This document shows positions 28,771 through 36,496 of a stretch of DNA of 64,000 nucleotides, one piece after another. A program made the position numbers and the translations under genes. Below the pieces are notes generated by a model. It did not search any database. It worked only from the letters and a program-made list of their open reading frames with translations, and was not told the origin of the DNA. Origin of the DNA: an uncultured bacterium (lineage in GTDB: Bacteria > Patescibacteriota > Microgenomatia > UBA1400 > MFAQ01). How positions within the stretch are numbered: the stretch's first letter is position 1; each line of letters opens with the position of its first letter. Location of the stretch: positions 99,301-163,300 of the forward strand of contig CAXBYW010000001.1 in assembly GCA_963980225.1 (NCBI GenBank), given 5' to 3'.

Positions 28771-29440
28771 CCAAATCTATTTCTCCCAAAACCTTTGTTT
28801 TATTTGGGGTCAAAAACTCATCATTTATAGAAACTCTTACAGTGTCCACAGTTAAGTCGCTAGTAATGGGTTTTAAATCCATTAGTTCTCTTATCAAGTC
28901 ATCTGGAATCTCTTTCTTAAATCTAACCAAACTCATCCATGCTAATCCATAAGCTCCTTCGGGGATTCCAATTTTCCAGTCCTGTTCTTGCCATATACTT
29001 CCCAGCTTATTTCTCATGTTCACTAGGTGATTTGCATTTTCTGCATTAAATATTCCGAACAAATTCTTCTTCCCTAGTAGGGGATAAATCATTTTTCCTT
29101 TTATCGCATCTTCCGTGTTTAAACTAGATTTAATACTATCCACCAAGGTCTCTAGATCCATGCCTTTCAAGTTTTCCTTTAGTACCCATTGAACTGAGAA
29201 GTGATAACCTTCCCAAGGCTGCCAAACTACATATTCATTTAGTCGTTCTGGTAACGCGTCTCGCATTTTTTCATTAATTGTTTTTCTATCGTCTAAGCTA
29301 GGTAGTAGAACTACACTTAATGTTATCGTTTCTACTTCCTTTTCAGTTAGGAGTACAACTCCGTTTTCTTCGACAAACTGCCGTTGTCCTTCTAAATTAT
29401 TTCTCCAGCCTTCAGGTATCTTTGAACTCAGTATCTCCAT
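28763..29440 (-). CDS. Hypothetical, possible 2H-phosphoesterase fold (cassette 2)
   Basis: YHFSV (HxS) and degenerate second motif AWMSLVRF. Confidence 0.55.
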   Translation of the reverse strand: MEILSSKIPEGWRNNLEGQRQFVEENGVVLLTEKEVETITLSVVLLPSLDDRKTINEKMRDALPERLNEYVVWQPWEGYHFSVQWVLKENLKGMDLETLVDSIKSSLNTEDAIKGKMIYPLLGKKNLFGIFNAENANHLVNMRNKLGSIWQEQDWKIGIPEGAYGLAWMSLVRFKKEIPDDLIRELMDLKPITSDLTVDTVRVSINDEFLTPNKTKVLGEIDLVK

Positions 29441-29481
29441 AGTTCGATTCTAGCATCATAGATTAAAAAGAACCAATTGTG

Positions 29482-29540
29482 TCAAACTATGTCTGCGGGG
29501 CATACGGGACGATGTTCGAACTTTTTATTTGACTATTTAA
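29482..29540 (+). repeat. att-like site 3
   Basis: TCAAACTATGTC-TGCGGGG-CATACGGGACGATGTTCGAACTTTTTATTTGACTATTTAA. Confidence 0.9.
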
Positions 29541-29562
29541 ACAATAAAACATGCACTCCCTA

Positions 29563-30054
29563 TTATTCTTCAAGAATGTCCAGTTGCAATAAAGCTGGGT
29601 CCCACGTTCCTTCAGCTACAATAGTATTATTCTCTACATAATAATTTAACCACCCACCATATTCTGAAAAAAAGCGTGACGCTGAGTATATTCCCATTCC
29701 ACCAATTCCTGGTTTTCCTTCATCGTCTAGTCTAGTAGTTTTTGGTTTTCCTGAATCCCTTATTGCAATTATTGCTTTTAAAACTGCCTCTGGATCATCA
29801 TACTCAAAATCATCCTTTATCGTTAACTTGCCAACTTCAAAACTAATCCAAACATTACTTGCACCTTCATCGCTTCCTGGAATCCTATTTTCCACACAGT
29901 TATTTATCAACTCAGCCACTTTTCCCCAAATTGCATCTCTTAAATCTCCACCATGATCGGCTGGTATCTCACCATCAAAATGAGCATCAACTTGATAGTG
30001 TTTTTCATATCCTTCAATAAGGTTAATATGGGGAATGCGTTCAGGAACAGCCAT
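29563..30054 (-). CDS. Stand-alone GHKL/HATPase-like protein (cassette 3)
   Basis: AELINNCVE (N-box), TIKDD, GIGGMGI (G2-like). Confidence 0.6.
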   Translation of the reverse strand: MAVPERIPHINLIEGYEKHYQVDAHFDGEIPADHGGDLRDAIWGKVAELINNCVENRIPGSDEGASNVWISFEVGKLTIKDDFEYDDPEAVLKAIIAIRDSGKPKTTRLDDEGKPGIGGMGIYSASRFFSEYGGWLNYYVENNTIVAEGTWDPALLQLDILEE

Positions 30055-30210
30055 AATTTAACGGAATTATATATTAAACAAAAACAAGAATCCTTTATTT
30101 GGTAGAAAATGACAGATAATTATCTTATAAGTGATACAATGTGGGTTGTTCATTGAAATAGTTACCGTATCTCACATTCAATATTTTAATTTCATTCAAG
30201 GAGGTAAATC

Positions 30211-30360
30211 ATGAGTGATGAAGTTCTTATTTCTCCATGTCACAAGGAAGCACTTGTTCCCATACGTCGGGACGGAGAGATAATCTTTGTATGTGGCTAT
30301 TCACATTGTGATCGTGTGATAGCTGTAGATCTGTGTAGTGAAAATGTTTCTGCAGATTAA
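30211..30360 (+). CDS. Small Cys/His-rich protein, 49 aa (cassette 3; not in track)
   Basis: AAGGAGG SD; MSDEVLISPCHKEAL...FVCGYSHCDR. Confidence 0.55.
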   Translation: MSDEVLISPCHKEALVPIRRDGEIIFVCGYSHCDRVIAVDLCSENVSAD

Positions 30361-30406
30361 ATATTAACTTGCTTAATTTTTAGTGCTATGCACAAGGAGA
30401 TCAATT

Positions 30407-30556
30407 ATGCGTAAAGTTTTCTTTATCATTCTTGCTTTTGTACTTGCAACCCTTTTTAGAAACTTACTGTTATCTGTTTTTAATATAGATATAGACTGGC
30501 TATCTACACTCATATTCTTAAGCGCTGGTTTTTTGGTTGGACGGATGAAGGATTAG
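30407..30556 (+). CDS. Small 2-TM membrane protein, 49 aa (cassette 3; not in track)
   Basis: AAGGAG SD; MRKVFFIILAFVLATLF...GFLVGRMKD. Confidence 0.55.
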   Translation: MRKVFFIILAFVLATLFRNLLLSVFNIDIDWLSTLIFLSAGFLVGRMKD

Positions 30557-30585
30557 CCCACTTTTATATTTTTAGATCACAAACT

Positions 30586-30618
30586 TTCCTCTCAGAAAAA
30601 CTTCTGAGGGGATTTTTT
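30586..30618 (+). terminator. Intrinsic terminator (CAGAA-nnn-TTCTG family)
   Basis: TTCCTCTCAGAAAAACTTCTGAGGGGA + T6. Confidence 0.75.
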
Positions 30619-30622
30619 ATGC

Positions 30623-30680
30623 CTAAAAACCGTTGCGGGGTATACGGGATGATGTTCGAACTTTTTACACAACTATTTAG
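30623..30680 (+). repeat. att-like site 4
   Basis: CTAAAAACCGT-TGCGGGG-TATACGGGATGATGTTCGAACTTTTTACACAACTATTTAG. Confidence 0.9.
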
Positions 30681-30710
30681 CCTTAAACTAAGGTTTGAAT
30701 GACCCATAAG

Positions 30711-30739
30711 TTGTATTTTAAGTATAAATTTGGTATATT
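30711..30739 (+). promoter_or_regulatory. sigma70-type promoter of cassette 4
   Basis: TTGTAT-17 bp-TATATT with TG extension; similar to promoter at 12578. Confidence 0.6.
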
Positions 30740-30795
30740 AAGCACATATTTACACTGGCACTTTAATATTGTTTTCTTAGTCAAGGAGGCTTAAA

Positions 30796-31266
30796 ATGGA
30801 TTATTTCACGATAGTTGAAGTCAAAAATGGGCCAGAGATCAGTAAGGCAATTTACGGCAACGACTTACCTGTTGATGATAATACAGTACATGAGTTAGTT
30901 CAAATACTCGCAGGCAATGATCCTTGTTCCCAAATAGCACTTTGTCCTGTAACGAATGAAAAATCTGTGCCCGCATTAGCCAGTGCTCAGCACACAATGA
31001 TCCTCGCATTTACAAACATGCTTGAAGATGGAATTTATGGCATTATAGAGTGGGTCTGCACGATTCTTGATCCTGCAATGCCAAAAGGATGGGGAGCGGC
31101 TCTTACACAACCAACCTTCTTTGATAGTGTTTTGATCTCTAGCAAAGAACCTATCTATTTGATAGTCCTTTCACCAATGGATCGCTCCAAAACAAGCCCC
31201 ATTACTCATTTTATGATGGGTGACCCGCATTGTGATGAATGCCCAACTCTTATTCCCATGGCATAA
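30796..31266 (+). CDS. Hypothetical protein (cassette 4)
   Basis: AAGGAGG SD; C-terminal HCDEC. Confidence 0.6.
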   Translation: MDYFTIVEVKNGPEISKAIYGNDLPVDDNTVHELVQILAGNDPCSQIALCPVTNEKSVPALASAQHTMILAFTNMLEDGIYGIIEWVCTILDPAMPKGWGAALTQPTFFDSVLISSKEPIYLIVLSPMDRSKTSPITHFMMGDPHCDECPTLIPMA

Positions 31267-31288
31267 CCAACAACCTTAGGAGGTTAAA

Positions 31289-31576
31289 GTGAACCTAGTA
31301 TTTTATTTAGTAATACAAATAACCCTAATAATGATCGGTACGTTCATATTGTCACGATTATCAGACAATCTTAAAACCTTTTCCAAGAAACAAAAGGTTG
31401 CATATTTCGCTTCAACAATCACACTCTTCTTTATCGCTGTTCTAATCGAGCCAAAGGAAATCGGTAATTGGTATGATCCACCCATTATCGTAGCAGATCT
31501 AATCCTTGCTATGGTGGTTGCAGGCATAATTTACTTATTTATGCTTTGGTATAACAACAAAACAGCCAAAAAATAA
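31289..31576 (+). CDS. Small 3-TM membrane protein (cassette 4)
   Basis: AGGAGG SD, GTG start, hydrophobic segments. Confidence 0.6.
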   Translation: MNLVFYLVIQITLIMIGTFILSRLSDNLKTFSKKQKVAYFASTITLFFIAVLIEPKEIGNWYDPPIIVADLILAMVVAGIIYLFMLWYNNKTAKK

Positions 31577-31608
31577 AGCTTAAATTACAGTGAAAATACA
31601 TAAAAACT

Positions 31609-31641
31609 TTCCCTTCAGAAAACTTCTGGAGGGATTTTTTT
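31609..31641 (+). terminator. Intrinsic terminator (CAGAA-nnn-TTCTG family)
   Basis: TTCCCTTCAGAAAACTTCTGGAGGGA + T7. Confidence 0.75.
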
Positions 31642-31645
31642 GTCT

Positions 31646-31688
31646 CAAAAACCTCTGCGGGGTATATGGGACGACGTTCGAACTTTTA
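31646..31688 (+). repeat. att-like site 5 (tRNA-proximal)
   Basis: CAAAAACCTC-TGCGGGG-TATATGGGACGACGTTCGAACTTTTA. Confidence 0.9.
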
Positions 31689-31949
31689 CTTATCTTTAAA
31701 TAGAATGATTTCTCCCTTGGTCAGTTTGTAAACTACTTCTGAATTGATGGATTCAATGGCTTTAAAACGTAAACCCGCCCCGTTTTGTGGTGCAAACAAA
31801 ATGTTGTGGTCAGGATATTGAGAAGCAAGAGATTTTTTAATTCTTGTGATTTCCTCGCCACATAAAGGCTCTTCAACAAGGTATCCACCAAAACAATCAT
31901 GTTCTATGGGGCAATCATCATAGCAAGGTGTTTTCTCTCGTTCTTTCAT
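31686..31949 (-). CDS. Small Cys-rich hypothetical protein (cassette 5)
   Basis: CYDDCPIEHDC...LC; stop codon lies inside site 5. Confidence 0.55.
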   Translation of the reverse strand: MKEREKTPCYDDCPIEHDCFGGYLVEEPLCGEEITRIKKSLASQYPDHNILFAPQNGAGLRFKAIESINSEVVYKLTKGEIILFKDK

Positions 31950-32004
31950 GTCTGGATCATATCACATGATATTCACACTCACTAAACACATCAAACTATC
32001 TCTG

Positions 32005-32079
32005 CGGGGCTGACCGGACTCGAACCGGCGACCTCTTCCGTGACAGGGAAGCGCTCTAACCAAACTGAGCTACAGCCCC
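32005..32079 (-). tRNA. tRNA-Asp(GTC), anchor of the cassette array
   Basis: Minus strand GGGGCTG/CAGCCCC acceptor, CTTCC-CTGTCAC-GGAAG anticodon arm, GTTCGAGT T-loop. Confidence 0.95.
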
Positions 32080-32154
32080 AAAGCTGAGCTAATTTTATCA
32101 CGACCTAGGGTCAATATGCTAAACTAATTGATAGTTATTAGTCACACTCTATCT

Positions 32155-32742
32155 ATGGAATTTTTGTACTTAATTATCGCTGTCTCATTATTCTTAGGTC
32201 TTTACATTATTTCTACATATAACTGGTTCCAGACCAGCCTAGTTAGGATAAAAGCTAGTATCCAGGATATTGGTAACCAATTAAAAAGACAGGCCTCGTT
32301 AATTCCTAATCTAGAATCATCCGCCAAAGGCTATCTAAAGCACGAAAAGGGTATATTTAAATCTCTAACCGACGCTAGAAAAGCAGTCGATACAGCTGCT
32401 AAGTCAGGCAACATGAAAGACATTACCAAAGCTTCTGACAGCTTAAGTAAGGTTCTTCCTAAGATCCAAGTACTAGTGGAGAGCAACCCTGAGATAAAAG
32501 GGGAGAAGGTAGTAACAAAATTAATGAGTGAGTTGCGTGATACGTCAGACAAACTAATGTACGCCAGAAGGACTCTCATAGACCTATCTGCTGATTTCAA
32601 CCAGAAGCTCTTAGTCTTCCCCTCAAACTTAGTAGGTAATATGTTTAAGTTTAAGGCACAAAAAGGTCTGGGTACCCCAGATAGCGGGGCTCACCTAGAG
32701 GTAACCACAACGGAAACCAAAGACCCTAAAGTCTCTCTGTAG
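32155..32742 (+). CDS. lemA: LemA family protein
   Basis: QLKRQASLIPNL, ESNPEIK, FPSNLVG; adjacent to htpX. Confidence 0.88.
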   Translation: MEFLYLIIAVSLFLGLYIISTYNWFQTSLVRIKASIQDIGNQLKRQASLIPNLESSAKGYLKHEKGIFKSLTDARKAVDTAAKSGNMKDITKASDSLSKVLPKIQVLVESNPEIKGEKVVTKLMSELRDTSDKLMYARRTLIDLSADFNQKLLVFPSNLVGNMFKFKAQKGLGTPDSGAHLEVTTTETKDPKVSL

Positions 32743-32752
32743 AACTTTTTAA

Positions 32753-33646
32753 ATGAAAAACATATACGAGCTAGCAGATATAAACAAGAGAAAAAGTGCG
32801 CTGGTTATCTTCCTCTTCATTGCTTTTATTACCCTAGCAAGTTACTTCTTGGCTTACAGTTTTGGCTACGATCTAAGCCTAGTTGGTTTCGTCTTAATCT
32901 TTTCCGGCATAATTTCGTTCGCTAGCTACTACTACTCGGACAGGATAATCCTAAGTATCTCTAGTGCTACTCCAGCCATCAGAGAAGACCATTTTGAGTT
33001 CTACACCGTTACTGAAAATCTAGTTAGAGTTGCTAGAATTCCCCAACCTAGACTTTTTGTCATAAAAGACACTGCTATGAACGCTTTTGCTACCGGCAGG
33101 GATCCACAACACGCGGTTGTAGTCGTTACTACCGGGCTACTAAGTAAGTTAAACCGTACAGAACTAGAGGGAGTTGTGGCCCACGAACTAAGCCACATTA
33201 GAAACTTTGACATTCGTCTTATGGGGATAGTGACCGTCTTAGTGGGAATGTTAACCTTACTAGCAGACATCCTTTTAAGATCAAGATTCAGAAGTAGCAG
33301 AGGTAAGAACGACTCAGGACAGATAGGTATCATTATCTTCATAGTAGGAGTTGCCCTAGCTCTTCTTTCTCCGCTAATAGCTAACTTAATCAAACTTGCC
33401 ATATCCAGAAGACGAGAGTTCTTAGCCGACGCTTCTGCGGTCAAGTTAACTAGGTACCCAGCCGGATTGGCTAGTGCCCTAAAGAAGATAAGTAAAGATA
33501 CTGAACCACTAGAGGCAGCTAACAAGGCCACTGCCCACCTATACATCTCTAACCCGCTTAAAAATACTCACAGCGCCATTGGCTGGTTTGCCAAGGCCTT
33601 TAACACTCATCCCCCAATAGGGGAGCGCATTAAGGCTCTTTCCTGA
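32753..33646 (+). CDS. htpX: Zinc metalloprotease HtpX
   Basis: NAFATG, AHELSH, SRRREFLAD, THPP. Confidence 0.92.
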   Translation: MKNIYELADINKRKSALVIFLFIAFITLASYFLAYSFGYDLSLVGFVLIFSGIISFASYYYSDRIILSISSATPAIREDHFEFYTVTENLVRVARIPQPRLFVIKDTAMNAFATGRDPQHAVVVVTTGLLSKLNRTELEGVVAHELSHIRNFDIRLMGIVTVLVGMLTLLADILLRSRFRSSRGKNDSGQIGIIIFIVGVALALLSPLIANLIKLAISRRREFLADASAVKLTRYPAGLASALKKISKDTEPLEAANKATAHLYISNPLKNTHSAIGWFAKAFNTHPPIGERIKALS

Positions 33647-33659
33647 TAAGATATATTAA

Positions 33660-35201
33660 ATGACTAGTGTAAAAGACATCGCCAAACTTGCCCATTTAAC
33701 TTTAACCGAAGAAGAGTTAAAGCTTTACTCAAAGCAGTTTGAGGCCATCTTAGGCTACATCGACCAGCTAAATAAAGTAGATACCAAAGGTGTAACACCA
33801 ACATTCCAGACAATAGACGACACCACCAATATTTTTAGAGAAGACAAAGTTCTCCCTGGACTAACTCAAGACCAAGCTCTTTCTGCTGCCAAAAAAACCC
33901 ACGATGGTTATTTTATAGCAGACCACGTCTTTGATCCCAAAGTAACTAAAAAAGCGGTCACTCATACTCCAAGAGAAAAACAAGACAACCTTGGTGCCAT
34001 CTTAACCAAGGTAGACCCAAAGGGAACCGTTGGTCACAAAGATCTCTTTTGTACTAAGGGTGTAGAGACAAGCGCTGGTTCAAATGTCCTGTCTGGCTAC
34101 ATTCCTCAGTACTCTGCTACCTTGGTCAATCAGTTTGAAGAAATAGGTTTAAAAACCAAGTACAAGTTAAACCAGGACGCTTGGGGTCATGGTTCAAGTG
34201 GTGAAAACTCCGACTTTTTCCCCACCCAAAATCCTTGGGACAAAAAAAGAGTTGCTGGTGGATCATCTAGCGGTAGTGGCGCAGCTGTTGCCGCAGGTGA
34301 AGTAGATATATCAACCGGTACCGATACTTGCGGTTCCATCAGGATGCCTTCAGCTTACTGTAACCTGACTGGTCTAAAACCTACCTATGGTGCTCTAAGT
34401 AGATACGGAGTCATTGCTTTTGCTAGTAGCCTAGACTGCCCTGGCATAATGACTACCTCGGCCGAGAAACTTAAAAAAACATTCAAGTCAGTTACTAAAA
34501 AAGACTCATTAGACGCTACCAGCCAGAGCTCCATTAGAGATAATGTCGAAACCAAGACAATTAAAACCATCGGTATACCTAAAGAATTTCTATCAGAAGG
34601 AATCGATAAGGAGATCAAGGAAATCACCTTAAAAGCCAGTAAGGATCTTGAGAAGGCAGGCTTCAAAGTAAAATACGTATCCTTACCCCACGCTGAACTT
34701 GCTATCGCTGCCTACTATATTATCGCTCCAGTAGAAGCTTCAAGTAACCTAGCTAGATACGATGGAGTCAGGTATGGTAATGATAGAACTCATTTCGGTC
34801 CAGAAGCTAAAAGAAGAATAATGTTAGGTACTTTTGCTTCCTCTGCTGGCTATGCAGACAAGTATTACGAGCAGGCTGCCAAGGTTCGTACTTTAATAAT
34901 CAACGACTTTAAAAAGGCTTTTGAGTCAGTCGATGCTATCTTAGCGCCAGTCTCACCAACAGTCCCCTTCCTTCTAGGTGAAAAGGTAGATGATCCTCTA
35001 AAACTATATCTAATGGACATCTACACCGCTCCAGCCAGTCTTGCTGGTGTTCCATCACTATCTCTTCCTTGTGGTTTCTCACAAGAACTACCTGTGGGCA
35101 TGCAGTTAATCGCACCACGCTGGAATGATCTAAAACTTCTTGAGTTGGCAGAAAAATATCAAGAGTTAACCGACTGGCACAAGAAGAAACCAAACATATG
35201 A
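33660..35201 (+). CDS. gatA: Fused GatC-GatA amidotransferase subunit
   Basis: First ~92 aa GatC-like (IAKLAHL...FRED...DGYF); amidase signature KD, GGSSSGS, GTDTCGSIR, SSNLARYDG. Confidence 0.9.
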   Translation: MTSVKDIAKLAHLTLTEEELKLYSKQFEAILGYIDQLNKVDTKGVTPTFQTIDDTTNIFREDKVLPGLTQDQALSAAKKTHDGYFIADHVFDPKVTKKAVTHTPREKQDNLGAILTKVDPKGTVGHKDLFCTKGVETSAGSNVLSGYIPQYSATLVNQFEEIGLKTKYKLNQDAWGHGSSGENSDFFPTQNPWDKKRVAGGSSSGSGAAVAAGEVDISTGTDTCGSIRMPSAYCNLTGLKPTYGALSRYGVIAFASSLDCPGIMTTSAEKLKKTFKSVTKKDSLDATSQSSIRDNVETKTIKTIGIPKEFLSEGIDKEIKEITLKASKDLEKAGFKVKYVSLPHAELAIAAYYIIAPVEASSNLARYDGVRYGNDRTHFGPEAKRRIMLGTFASSAGYADKYYEQAAKVRTLIINDFKKAFESVDAILAPVSPTVPFLLGEKVDDPLKLYLMDIYTAPASLAGVPSLSLPCGFSQELPVGMQLIAPRWNDLKLLELAEKYQELTDWHKKKPNI

Positions 35202-36496
35202 AGAAACAACCAATCATCGGTATGGAGATCCATGTCGAGCTATCCACCAACTCCAAGATGTTCTGCTCTTGCCCGGCTGATCACTTTGCCAAAACTCCTA
35301 ACTCCCAGACCTGTCCAGTCTGTCTAGGACTACCAGGAGCCATGCCAGTACCAAATAAAAAAGCCATAGACGACGTCATTACCATCGGTCTTGCACTAAA
35401 CTGCAAAGTCAACCAGTTATCAAAGTTTGACAGGAAACACTATTTCTATCCAGATCTCCCCAAGGGCTACCAGATCAGCCAATACGACCAGCCTTTTAGC
35501 GAAAATGGCTATCTTGTCTTAGATTCTGGTAAAAAAGTCGGTATCACCCGTGTTCACCTAGAGGAAGACACTGCCAAGTTGATTCACAAGAAAATAGATG
35601 GCAAACAAGTCAGTCTAGTAGACTTTAATCGTTCCGGTGTCCCATTAGTGGAGATAGTTACCGAACCAGATCTTGAGACTCCAGAAGAGACAAAAGAATT
35701 CCTAAAAAAGATTCATCACCTAATAAAGACTTTGGGTGTATCAAACGCAGATATGGAAAAAGGCTCCATGCGCTTAGAAGCCAACATCTCCATTGGTGAC
35801 CCAGACAATCTACCCGACTACAAGGTGGAGATAAAAAATGTCAACTCTTTTAGGTACATTACCAACGCCATCAACTACGAAATCAAAAGACAGACTGAAC
35901 TACTAAAACAAAACGAAACTCCTGTTCAAGAAACCAGAGGTTGGGACAGAATCAAAGGTTTAACTTTCTCTCAAAGAAAAAAGGAGTCAGAAGACGACTA
36001 CAGATACTTCCCTGAGCCAGACATACCTCCAATAAAGCTAGAAAAAGAACAAATAGAGGCATTAAGAAGTAAATTACCCAAGCTTCCACAAGAGATAATC
36101 AGTGGTTTAATCGACTTAGAAATAAAGCCAGAATTTGCCAAATTAATCGGTAAAGACAAAAAACTAGTCGATTTACTTAGTGAGCTAATCAAAGACAAAG
36201 ATGTAGATCCAAACAAGCTGGCCAGTTTCTTTGTAAACGGCAGACTTGACCCTAATGGCTCCATTGGCTCGATTAGAGACAGTTATCTTGAACAAACTAA
36301 AACGGGCATTACCGACTCTGACTTAATTGGTAATCTGGTTACAAAGATAATAAAAGAAAACGAAAAGGCCGTTACCGCTTATAAACAAGGTAATCAAAAC
36401 GCCATAGGCCCTCTCATTGGCCAGGTAATTGCTTTAAGTAAAGGTCAAGCAGACCCTGTTACTGTCCGTCAGGTGTTAACCAAAAAACTTAAATGA
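35198..36496 (+). CDS. gatB: Amidotransferase subunit GatB
   Basis: IGMEIHVEL, RKHYFYPDLPKGYQISQ, YRYFPEPD. Confidence 0.96.
   Translation: MKKQPIIGMEIHVELSTNSKMFCSCPADHFAKTPNSQTCPVCLGLPGAMPVPNKKAIDDVITIGLALNCKVNQLSKFDRKHYFYPDLPKGYQISQYDQPFSENGYLVLDSGKKVGITRVHLEEDTAKLIHKKIDGKQVSLVDFNRSGVPLVEIVTEPDLETPEETKEFLKKIHHLIKTLGVSNADMEKGSMRLEANISIGDPDNLPDYKVEIKNVNSFRYITNAINYEIKRQTELLKQNETPVQETRGWDRIKGLTFSQRKKESEDDYRYFPEPDIPPIKLEKEQIEALRSKLPKLPQEIISGLIDLEIKPEFAKLIGKDKKLVDLLSELIKDKDVDPNKLASFFVNGRLDPNGSIGSIRDSYLEQTKTGITDSDLIGNLVTKIIKENEKAVTAYKQGNQNAIGPLIGQVIALSKGQADPVTVRQVLTKKLK

Larger units (their letters stand above)
28141..32009. mobile_element. tRNA-Asp-anchored gene cassette array (5 cassettes, no integrase in window)
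   Basis: Five direct-repeat att-like sites sharing the TGCGGGG core with the tRNA-Asp 3' end, each pair bracketing 1-3 orphan ORFs. Confidence 0.8.

Noticed and set aside
28683-28952. 89-aa + strand ORF crossing site 2
   Set aside because: Overlaps cassette 1's end and is antisense to cassette 2; no start signals; not the frame with the synonymous pattern.
28141-31688. CRISPR array
   Set aside because: Intervening segments are 0.3-1.1 kb, variable in length and contain whole genes; no cas1/cas2 in the window.
28141-31688. Classical integron attC sites
   Set aside because: No RYYYAAC...GTTRRRY ends or long bottom-strand hairpin, no intI, mixed gene orientation; the core matches a tRNA end instead.
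28141-31688. Repeats as tRNA genes or pseudo-tRNAs
   Set aside because: Only the T-loop-like and 3' acceptor strand portions resemble tRNA; no D arm, anticodon arm or 5' strand.
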